NCBI GenBank assembly: GCA_964565945.1
Contig: CAZMGY010000030.1
Span: 30,001-62,000, forward strand
Direction: 5' to 3'
Length of the DNA: 32,000 bases
From: an uncultured bacterium
GTDB taxonomy: Bacteria > GCA-001730085
The position numbers and the translations under genes are program-made. The notes under the pieces are model-generated. The model was not told where the DNA came from. It saw only the letters and a program-made list of their open reading frames with translations, and ran no database searches. This document shows, one piece after another, positions 17,901 through 25,237 of this stretch. Every line of letters begins with the position of its first letter. Within the stretch, counting starts at the first letter, position 1.

Positions 17901-20900
17901 ATGTTTTATAACTTTAAATTGCCGTTAACCATTCTTATTTGGAGTATTCAGGCTCCTCTCTGGGCTTTGCCGCCCATCGAAATACTTCCCATGCTGGGAG
18001 CGGGCTTTATTTTTCCCATTCTGCTTACACTCCTTCTGGGACATACCCTTTTCAAAGTTCTCGAACTAAGCTCTTATGTACAATCTTGGATCAATCGCCT
18101 CAAGGCTTGGCAGTTGATCCTTATTATGGTTTTCACCTTTCTGGCAGTAGGCACAGGGTTTAACCTCCTCAACAACTCTCATCACACTTATAGCCTATCT
18201 GTGGCCACACTGCACCAAACCCTTTCATCGACCCCAAATCAAATACTCATCATCGATTTACGGACCGACACCTCGCATCGCCGATCTCACCTGACACGTT
18301 CAATATCACACCCCATGAAAAGTGTTCAAGACATCGTCAATAAACTTAGTCAATTGTCCCCAGATCAAGCCAACAGACCAAAGATTGTTCTCGCTTGCCA
18401 TCGGGGCGAACGTTCTTCATCGCTGGTCGAAAGCATTCGCAAAGGGCGTTTTGACGAACTTTCTCACCTGCCTAGGCAACATATCTATTATCTGCACGGC
18501 GGCCACCACACAATGAAAGCTCGTTACCCTCATCATTTTGTATCTCAAGCTCCTCCTTCCAATCTGCAGGCCTTGTTGAAACCTTGGATGACATTGGTAG
18601 GTGGGCGAAAACAAATGCTCTATCTATTTTTTGCCAGCCATGCCTTATTTTTTTTCGTTTTTCGTTGGCATAGCCTTAAGCGAACACTCAACCCAATGCA
18701 TCTCCAACGCAATCCTTGGCTGTATCGCCTCTCGTTCGTTCACCTCACAATTGCATGGCTCCTGTTCGAAGAAACATCTCTCGTATCCGACGGGCGCTAC
18801 ATCCCATGGACTCTCAACCTGGTTTTTCTAAGTTTTGCCTACTTCAGCAGCATCATGCCCTCCGACAAACGCCAACAAATCGTTCACACCCTATGGCATC
18901 AAATCTTGGGCCAACACACAAGCACCCCTTCCGTAGACAAAGTTTTTCATCCGATTCTCTTCTTAGGTCTCTTGCTTCACTGGGGCATTATATTACAAGA
19001 TTTTGTCATCTACACAAGCCTATGGCTCGGCTTTCTATGGATCTGTGACCTTAGCCTTGCTTTTTTCGGATCTTACCAGTTACGCCGTCACCAACAACCC
19101 CACGGTCTCGTCCTAAGCTGGATTGGTTTTAAAACATCTCTAAGCAAAAGCCCCGCTGGCCCGACAATACTTAAGCTATATGTCGCTAATGCACCGGGTT
19201 GTTTTGAACTTCACAACACCAACCAAACTTTGTTGATCGGGCTTTTTTCAGGACAGATGCAACAAAAATGCCCTACCCCATCTTTAAATATCTCTAAGTT
19301 CGTGCAAACGGCTCAGGAAATTCGAGCCACATTTCCAAGCGATTCTATCCAACTTCAACTGAACGACCATCACGCCATTGTAGCGATTGAAATCCTAGCC
19401 CCCGATCGAGAAGCGCCATGGAACCTTTATCAACAATGGAGCACACTGCTTCCTTGGTTGCAACATTTCAAACCAAACGATGTGATTTGGCAACGCTATC
19501 AAGATGGGGCTATTCAACAACCTCTCAAACCTCTTGAGCAAGATATTTTACAAGAACGTTGGCGCCACCGTGGTGGTGCCCGTAGAGCCTTAAGCTTTTT
19601 AGGCTTTAGGCATCAACTCAATGAAACCCTCTTACCTCCTCTATGGCTATCATGGGGATCGCACCATTATCAGCTGCAAGTGCAACAGCTTCTTCAGCCC
19701 CAAGCCGTGTTGGGATTTAAAGCGTGGCAACATCTGCGATTTCATGCCAAAGTGCGTGCTTTCATTCAAACAGCTTGTCGTCATCTCTTAAGCACACAAA
19801 TAGCCCAACATCACCAACGGATCACTTGGATTCAGAACTTACTCACTCAATCGTCTCGACGAACTCCCCGTAGACTAATCAAAGTGCTCAAAAGTCTTGG
19901 ACAAGAGGCCGCTTTTTGGCCAGAGCTGACAAGTCAATTACATCTATGGGCGTGGAACCATCAAAACGACAACACCCATCATAAACCTTGGCCGCAGCAA
20001 ACTCCTCACACAAACCAACACTATCACTTTGATCTGTCTAACTCACAAACCCCTCAAGACCTATCCCTTGCCCAACGACACCTTTGGATCTGCGAACAAA
20101 TGAAACAGAACGCGCAAGACCACTTTTTAACCGAATGGCAGTGGGTCAATCAACTGCTTCAAACACAGGCCCCCTCATCTCTTTTGTTTTGCCGATTAAA
20201 GGAATGTCTCTCCTTACTTCAAAAACAGACACCCGATTCTTTAACCAAACGGATCCAAGAAAGGCAAAAGCTCTGGCAAGCTACATTACACCTCATCCTC
20301 CCAGAAACCCTTACGATCAAAACTATCGAAAAGGTACGCTGTAATGAAGCGTCGGAGCCAAAAATCCAATCGAAACAAAGCTCGTATCTGATTTGTATGC
20401 CCAACACACGTATTTGGGGACAGTGCCAAAGCCAAGCTTTTAATCCTAATAAAATCACAGTGACCCCTAACATCTCTCCCCATAAAGTCGCTTCCGACAC
20501 CATGCAAGGTTTAGTTCTCGAACAAGGTAGCCCTTTGTGTCACCAAGCTATTTTAGTGCGTGAACACAACCTGCCATCGCTGTTTCACGTATCACAAGCA
20601 ATTCAAGAGTATCCCGAAGACAGCTATATTCTTATCAACGATCAAGGCCTCATCAACAAACTTCCTCAACCAACATCCTATTGGACCTTCCTTAATCAAA
20701 CCACAGCAAGCCATGGACCCAAAGCTTATAACTTGGCACGTTGTGCCCAACACAATATACGAATTCCAAATGCCTACGTCATTCAATCGCTATTGCTAGA
20801 AGAGTGCATCTCTCTCAAAACTTGGGATCAACCTTGGATTCATCTTGCCCAACAGGCCCCGTCAGATTTACAAACCAACCAACTCCCTCCAGCCATTAAA

Positions 20901-21449
20901 ACAATTTTACACAATCTCTGGAACACGTTTACCTGCCCAGCCAGCGGGCTTTTGGTGCGTTCTTCGGCTCACAACGAAGACAGCCAACAGCACTCAATGG
21001 CGGGACAATATACATCCATTGGCCCTATTATTAACAAAGAAGAATTTGAGCGAGCCGTTACCCAATGCTGGGCCGCAACCTGGACGCAAGGGCATCCAGA
21101 CTTGCCCAAACAAGAATGCCACATGAATTTGATTGTACAAGATTACATCGTAAGTTCATTAGGGGGCGTGATGTTCATCCACGACACCTCAGACAAACCT
21201 ATTCAAATCGATGTCTCTTCTCAAGGACCCGAAGGAACGGTGCAGGGACAAGATGTGGAACACCTAGAATACGACACAGCAACACACTACCAAGCTAGTT
21301 TGCTCTTAAGTGCCCAGCAACAAGACAAGCTCCTCAAACAAGCCAAAAATCTTCAAACAATTTTTAGGACCAACCTCGATATCGAATGGTTAATCCACAA
21401 TAATAACATTGTGATTCTGCAAGTTCGCCCCATCACGACGTCTTTTTAA
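17901..21449 (+). CDS. Polytopic membrane protein with rhodanese, PEP-utilising swivel (phospho-His) and PPDK_N ATP-grasp domains (dikinase-like phosphotransferase; substrate unknown)
   Basis: The ATG is the first start after an in-frame TGA, and a GAGGGA SD is present. About 3 N-terminal and about 5 further hydrophobic helices flank the rhodanese domain. Domain motifs are listed in the sub-features. Confidence 0.88.
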   Translation: MFYNFKLPLTILIWSIQAPLWALPPIEILPMLGAGFIFPILLTLLLGHTLFKVLELSSYVQSWINRLKAWQLILIMVFTFLAVGTGFNLLNNSHHTYSLSVATLHQTLSSTPNQILIIDLRTDTSHRRSHLTRSISHPMKSVQDIVNKLSQLSPDQANRPKIVLACHRGERSSSLVESIRKGRFDELSHLPRQHIYYLHGGHHTMKARYPHHFVSQAPPSNLQALLKPWMTLVGGRKQMLYLFFASHALFFFVFRWHSLKRTLNPMHLQRNPWLYRLSFVHLTIAWLLFEETSLVSDGRYIPWTLNLVFLSFAYFSSIMPSDKRQQIVHTLWHQILGQHTSTPSVDKVFHPILFLGLLLHWGIILQDFVIYTSLWLGFLWICDLSLAFFGSYQLRRHQQPHGLVLSWIGFKTSLSKSPAGPTILKLYVANAPGCFELHNTNQTLLIGLFSGQMQQKCPTPSLNISKFVQTAQEIRATFPSDSIQLQLNDHHAIVAIEILAPDREAPWNLYQQWSTLLPWLQHFKPNDVIWQRYQDGAIQQPLKPLEQDILQERWRHRGGARRALSFLGFRHQLNETLLPPLWLSWGSHHYQLQVQQLLQPQAVLGFKAWQHLRFHAKVRAFIQTACRHLLSTQIAQHHQRITWIQNLLTQSSRRTPRRLIKVLKSLGQEAAFWPELTSQLHLWAWNHQNDNTHHKPWPQQTPHTNQHYHFDLSNSQTPQDLSLAQRHLWICEQMKQNAQDHFLTEWQWVNQLLQTQAPSSLLFCRLKECLSLLQKQTPDSLTKRIQERQKLWQATLHLILPETLTIKTIEKVRCNEASEPKIQSKQSSYLICMPNTRIWGQCQSQAFNPNKITVTPNISPHKVASDTMQGLVLEQGSPLCHQAILVREHNLPSLFHVSQAIQEYPEDSYILINDQGLINKLPQPTSYWTFLNQTTASHGPKAYNLARCAQHNIRIPNAYVIQSLLLEECISLKTWDQPWIHLAQQAPSDLQTNQLPPAIKTILHNLWNTFTCPASGLLVRSSAHNEDSQQHSMAGQYTSIGPIINKEEFERAVTQCWAATWTQGHPDLPKQECHMNLIVQDYIVSSLGGVMFIHDTSDKPIQIDVSSQGPEGTVQGQDVEHLEYDTATHYQASLLLSAQQQDKLLKQAKNLQTIFRTNLDIEWLIHNNNIVILQVRPITTSF
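18190..18515 (+). other. Rhodanese-like domain with an intact active-site loop
   Basis: ILIIDLRTDTSHRRSHLTRSISHP...KIVLACHRGERSSSLVESI. The C-x-x-G-x-R-S loop (Cys codon 18396-18398) matches the 6-residue sulfurtransferase-type loop, not the 7-residue Cdc25 type. Confidence 0.8.
20380..20665 (+). other. PEP-utilising enzyme mobile (swivel) domain with candidate phospho-histidine
   Basis: KITVTPNISPHKVASDTMQGLVLEQGSPLCHQAILVREHNLPSLF...SYILINDQGLINKL, compared with the PpsA/PPDK consensus GG.TCHAAIIARE.GIPAV. The His codon is at 20541-20543. Confidence 0.7.
20715..21446 (+). other. PPDK_N-type nucleotide-binding (ATP-grasp) domain
   Basis: GPKAYNLARCAQHNIRIPNAYVI, LLVRSSAHNEDSQQHSMAGQYTSI, NLIVQDYIVSSLGGVMFIHD and LDIEWLIHNNNIVILQVRPITT match the signature blocks of the PpsA/PPDK/rifampicin-phosphotransferase N-terminal domain. 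Confidence 0.75.
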
Positions 21450-21811
21450 ACAAAGAACGCTCTGGTGGTCTGTAATGAAATATCAAAAAGAAAATTAGCT
21501 AAAATCCACTTTTGGCCTTGTTTATAAGCCAAGAATCGCGCCGTTACATCCGTTTTTTCGTAGTTAAAAGTCAAGAAAATCAAATGAGCCGTTGGTGTAA
21601 TCACTTGAATGTCTTTGACTTTGTAACCAACAAACTTACCATGAGCATACTCAACCTGACGCAACAATTTGGCTTTGTCGTCTAAATCTGCATGGCCATC
21701 TTGCGCACTTCCACAAGCCCAAAAAGCTACTACCGTTGCTGCATCCTTTTCCAAATAAAGATCTAATCCTTCCACAAGAATTTCGGGAATATCTTTTTTA
21801 CTTTTAGCCAT
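21446..21811 (-). CDS. Hypothetical 121-aa cytoplasmic protein
   Basis: Clean ORF with its own strong promoter (next feature). I recognised no motif. Its TAA overlaps the TAA of the convergent 1,182-aa gene. Confidence 0.6.
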   Translation of the reverse strand: MAKSKKDIPEILVEGLDLYLEKDAATVVAFWACGSAQDGHADLDDKAKLLRQVEYAHGKFVGYKVKDIQVITPTAHLIFLTFNYEKTDVTARFLAYKQGQKWILANFLFDISLQTTRAFFV

Positions 21812-21863
21812 AAAAATACCTTTTGTGTATAAATATATTATAAAAAGACCCTATAAGGATCTT

Positions 21864-21892
21864 ATTATATCAAAAGCAATCTTTTTTTTCAA
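21864..21892 (-). promoter_or_regulatory. Near-consensus sigma70 promoter with extended -10
   Basis: On the minus strand: -35 TTGAAA (21892-21887), a 17-nt spacer, then TGaTATAAT (21872-21864). This is about 50 nt upstream of ATG 21811. Confidence 0.5.
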
Positions 21893-21953
21893 TTTTTTTA
21901 TTCTAAACAACCATTATTAACAAATAAATATATTTTAAATAAATTTAATACAA

Positions 21954-23423
21954 TCAAATTAACCCCATCCATTCGCGCAAAGCATCCAAATGGCTCTTCA
22001 GCCGCGTCCGAGCATACATTTCACTTTGGCCAGTGGCCATCATAAATATCCAATCACTGCTCAAAACCTCTCTCCAGTGAACCTCACAGGCCTGATGAAT
22101 GGATTGATCCCATGATCCATGTTGATAATGAGCCCAGAGCGCTTTTAACTCCCTCCAAACCCAATCATTATTGGGGTTAAGCCACCTACGGTGATATCCC
22201 CCCTGCCCCCAACTGGACAAAGCGGGCTGAACCATCTCACAATCGCCCCATTCAGGTCCATATTGCTCAGGAGTGCTCAAAACCAAAAGATCATCCTTAT
22301 CCAAACTATCCCAAACCCGCTCCAAGAACCACAAACCTTCCCACCACCAATGGCCAAACAACTCGGCATCAAAACAGAGTGTCATGCAGGGCTGAGGTAC
22401 GCCCGCCGCCTGGATGTGATCCACCCGTTGCCTTAGTTGGTCCATGAAAAGCAAGGCATGCTCCCGGACTAAAGTCTGTCCCTCAGAAGGTCTATATAAA
22501 GATGGAAAATCTTCCTTAAAACCAACCCGACGATGTTTGAAGCCAGTGGCCGTGATTCCTCCTCGCTTGGCCTGATAATTCTGCAAACAAGAACTTGTCT
22601 CATCAAAACCAATATCGCAGTAAAAATCACGGTAAACCCCAGAACCTGGGTACCCTTCACTCGCACTCCAAATCCATTTGCTACTCGTCGCATCTCTCCC
22701 CCAAGCCATCACATCATTCGCACATCGAACTGGGTGAAAAACACCTCGTCGCGGTTGAGGGTAGGCCTGCAAAATACCATGTGTCTCTAAAAAAAAGTAC
22801 TCCACACCTATGGAGTGAAGGTATTGTTCAAAGCCTGGCACATAGCCACATTCTGGCAACCAAAACCCTCTCGAATTAAAGCCAAACGCTTGTTCAAACA
22901 CAGCACAGCCTTGGGATATTTGTTGCTGAACCAGCTCGGGTTGATCATTCCAAAGAGGTAAGTAGGCATGACTTTCCGACGTGGTGATTAAGGCCAGAAC
23001 ACCCTTACGCGCTAAATCTCCCCAAGCTTGCACCAGTCCTCCTCTTCCTAAAGAGACCCAGCCATCACGCACGCGCAAATAATGATCCAGGTAATGTTGC
23101 GCCAATTTGGTCGCTTCGGATTTCTGGGCATGACGCTGGGCATAGTCTTCAGCCAAAGCAATATGTTCATCAAGGTAAGCTTCATATTGTTCAAGTAAAA
23201 GGTCTTCTTGCATCATGCGCAACAAAGGCGGTGACAAAGACAAAGTGAGCACATGACGATAAGCTCGCACATCTAATTTTTGTAGCAAGATCAATAACGG
23301 AATGTAGGTTTCGGTCAAAGCTTCAAAAAACCAATCATGCTCTAAACAATAAGCGAGATCGTCATGACACACATAAGGCAAATGAGCATGCAAGACCCAT
23401 TGCACCCGCCCTTTCACGACCAA
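21954..23423 (-). CDS. Glycoside hydrolase family 57 1,4-alpha-glucan branching enzyme
   Basis: GH57 signature regions are present: WVLHAHLPYV, GFWLPECGY (nucleophile Glu region) and CFDAELFGHWWWEG (acid/base Asp region). The start is either TTG 23423 or GTG 23417; the GTG forms a GTGA overlap with the upstream stop. Confidence 0.9.
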   Translation of the reverse strand: MVVKGRVQWVLHAHLPYVCHDDLAYCLEHDWFFEALTETYIPLLILLQKLDVRAYRHVLTLSLSPPLLRMMQEDLLLEQYEAYLDEHIALAEDYAQRHAQKSEATKLAQHYLDHYLRVRDGWVSLGRGGLVQAWGDLARKGVLALITTSESHAYLPLWNDQPELVQQQISQGCAVFEQAFGFNSRGFWLPECGYVPGFEQYLHSIGVEYFFLETHGILQAYPQPRRGVFHPVRCANDVMAWGRDATSSKWIWSASEGYPGSGVYRDFYCDIGFDETSSCLQNYQAKRGGITATGFKHRRVGFKEDFPSLYRPSEGQTLVREHALLFMDQLRQRVDHIQAAGVPQPCMTLCFDAELFGHWWWEGLWFLERVWDSLDKDDLLVLSTPEQYGPEWGDCEMVQPALSSWGQGGYHRRWLNPNNDWVWRELKALWAHYQHGSWDQSIHQACEVHWREVLSSDWIFMMATGQSEMYARTRLKSHLDALREWMGLI

Positions 23424-23776
23424 GAACTACACCCTTCCTCATACTGAGAAAGTTCGTAAATGGCTTGCATATCGGGGCAAAAAGGAACTCGAGGCGCGGG
23501 AAAGGTTTTAAACGGCTCGCTCTCGGCCAAAACCTCCTCGACGTTTGTGGCATCATCCACCATCAGCACACGATAAACGTTTCCTGGATCAGGCAACATC
23601 ATATGCCAACTCTGACTAGCCGAAGCAACTGAAATATGGTAACATTCAGCCCAGTTCCCAGAGACGTCTTGCTTATCTAAACATAAAGTGACTTGCAAAG
23701 AAGCCCCCTGCTCCATGTCCCAAGAGACAAACACCCAGCTGGAGTCACTTTGCTGAACTGATAACTGTTTGCGCAT
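23414..23776 (-). CDS. Small DUF4912-like protein that commonly accompanies GH57 branching enzymes
   Basis: Position immediately upstream of, and translationally coupled to, the GH57 gene. The segment SDSSWVFVSWDMEQ resembles the DUF4912 core. I prefer ATG 23776 over the TTG 23785 used by the track. The family call is from memory only. Confidence 0.45.
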   Translation of the reverse strand: MRKQLSVQQSDSSWVFVSWDMEQGASLQVTLCLDKQDVSGNWAECYHISVASASQSWHMMLPDPGNVYRVLMVDDATNVEEVLAESEPFKTFPAPRVPFCPDMQAIYELSQYEEGCSSWS

Positions 23777-23792
23777 AAAAATCAACCTAGTT

Positions 23793-23817
23793 TGATATAA
23801 TGAAGATCATTATATCA
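23793..23817. promoter_or_regulatory. 25-bp perfect palindrome carrying two divergent extended -10 boxes (bidirectional promoter and/or operator)
   Basis: TGATATAATGA-aga-TCATTATATCA. TGaTATAAT reads on the plus strand at 23793-23801 and on the minus strand at 23817-23809. It lies between the divergent DUF4912/GH57 and ferredoxin/desulfurase/thiI operons. Confidence 0.5.
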
Positions 23818-23876
23818 TAGGCCAAGTTTAGTGATACAATAGAATCTTTGATAACAACAATAAAGTATCTGAACCT

Positions 23877-24110
23877 ATGGCCTCCAAGGAACACAAATAC
23901 ACAGAAAATGTCGATGGTGCTTTTTATGTCGATGAAGAATGCATTGTCTGCGATGCCTGCATGGAAGTTGCGCCAGACCATTTTGTGATAACCGAGGATA
24001 ATGACCATGTCTACATACGGCTTCAGCCCCAATCCGATACTGAACAAAAAGCTTGCTTGGATGCTCTCGAAGCCTGTCCAGTTGACGCCATTGGTCAAGA
24101 TGGTGCTTAA
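23877..24110 (+). CDS. Small single-cluster [4Fe-4S]/[3Fe-4S] ferredoxin
   Basis: 77 aa and acidic, with CIVCDAC (CxxCxxC) plus a distal ACP Cys-Pro ligand. Confidence 0.85.
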   Translation: MASKEHKYTENVDGAFYVDEECIVCDACMEVAPDHFVITEDNDHVYIRLQPQSDTEQKACLDALEACPVDAIGQDGA

Positions 24111-24115
24111 AAATA

Positions 24116-25237
24116 ATGCTTTATCTCGATAATGCCGCCACAACCCAACCCCTTGAGTCTTCCATTCAATTGATGCAAAGCATTTTACAAAACCAATGGG
24201 GCAATCCTTCTTCACTCCATCGCCTCGGGGTTCAGGCAGCCGACATATTAGAACAGGCCCGTTTTCGTTTGGCTCAAAACTGGTCGATTTCTGCCGAAGA
24301 AATTATCTGGACCAGTGGCGCCACCGAAGCCAACCAAACGATCCTTCTTCAAGCTCCGGGAAACCCCAACTCTCGCAAAAACCACATCTTAGTTTCGCCT
24401 TTCGAACATCCTTCGGTGACTAAAGCATTACCTATCCTTAAAGCCAACGGCTTTGAAATTGAGTACCTGGCCATTAACCTTAAAGGGCATATCAATGCCA
24501 AGGACTTAGCTAGCAAACTGCGCCCCGAAACAGCTTTGGTCAGTGTGATCGGTGTGCATAATGAACTTGGTGTCAAACAAGATATTGATCACCTGAGCCA
24601 AATCATTCGCAACACAAATCCCAAAACACGTTTTCATGTCGATGCCGTGCAGTGGATCAACAAATATCCTTTTCCAAGTGGGCCCTACCGTCCCGACTTC
24701 ATCACCTTTTCAGCACATAAATGCCATGGTCCCAAAGGCATCGGAGGCATTGTTAAACGCAAGGAGGTTCCTTTAACACCTCTTTTACAAGGTGGTCAAC
24801 AAGAACACGGCTTTCGTGCAGGTACCGAAAATATTGCTGGGATTGTGGCCAGTGTCGAAAGTTTACTCAAAATGAACGCTAAAATTGATCACAGCTGGGC
24901 TCAAAGTATCGAACAGACGTTGCACAGTTATGTCAATGCTCACCCCGATCTGGTCTGGGTCAGTCCCCCTCCTGGACCACACAAAAGTCCCTGGATTCAT
25001 ATGATCAGTGCTCCCAAACATAAAAGTGAAGTGCTCATTCATCGCTTAGAGGATAAGGGAATTTTCATTTCTTCGGGAAGCGCTTGTTCCGAGAAAAAAA
25101 AGGAGCGCAAAGTTTATGTCGATCTCATGAAGCTGTCTCCGACAATTGAACAAGGTTTACTAAGAATCTCCCTGTCGAGCTCCAATCAAACCGATGATAT
25201 GCAAGTCTTAATCACCAGCTTAGGAGACATCTTATGA
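24116..25237 (+). CDS. Cysteine desulfurase (class V aminotransferase, NifS/IscS/NifZ-like)
   Basis: LDNAATT, SGATEAN, PLP-lysine motif SAHKCHGPKGIG, GTENIAGI, and the catalytic-Cys loop SSGSACS. Confidence 0.9.
   Translation: MLYLDNAATTQPLESSIQLMQSILQNQWGNPSSLHRLGVQAADILEQARFRLAQNWSISAEEIIWTSGATEANQTILLQAPGNPNSRKNHILVSPFEHPSVTKALPILKANGFEIEYLAINLKGHINAKDLASKLRPETALVSVIGVHNELGVKQDIDHLSQIIRNTNPKTRFHVDAVQWINKYPFPSGPYRPDFITFSAHKCHGPKGIGGIVKRKEVPLTPLLQGGQQEHGFRAGTENIAGIVASVESLLKMNAKIDHSWAQSIEQTLHSYVNAHPDLVWVSPPPGPHKSPWIHMISAPKHKSEVLIHRLEDKGIFISSGSACSEKKKERKVYVDLMKLSPTIEQGLLRISLSSSNQTDDMQVLITSLGDIL

Noticed and set aside
18601-19048. Alternative-frame ORFs inside the 1,182-aa gene (18601-18831, 18716-19048 and others)
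   Set aside because: They overlap the membrane-domain coding frame, which has coherent TM-helix periodicity and continues into recognisable domains. The alternative frames show no motifs.
4727-21449. Interpretation of the two-gene block as a mobile genomic island
   Set aside because: I found no integrase, transposase, flanking tRNA, terminal inverted repeats or direct repeats, and base composition looks similar to the flanks by eye. Horizontal origin can be neither supported nor excluded without computation.
21446-21449. Overlapping convergent stop codons (TTTAAA) of the 1,182-aa and 121-aa genes as a sign of misannotation
   Set aside because: Both frames are well supported up to their stops: ATG-to-stop ORFs, with the PPDK_N motif ending ...LQVRPITTSF. 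This is simple genome compaction. The only consequence, antisense read-through, is noted under the 121-aa gene finding.
23787-24215. 142-aa minus-strand ORF overlapping the ferredoxin gene
   Set aside because: The opposite-strand ferredoxin has a canonical CxxCxxC...CP cluster motif and operon context. The minus ORF has no motif and hydrophobic shadow-like composition.
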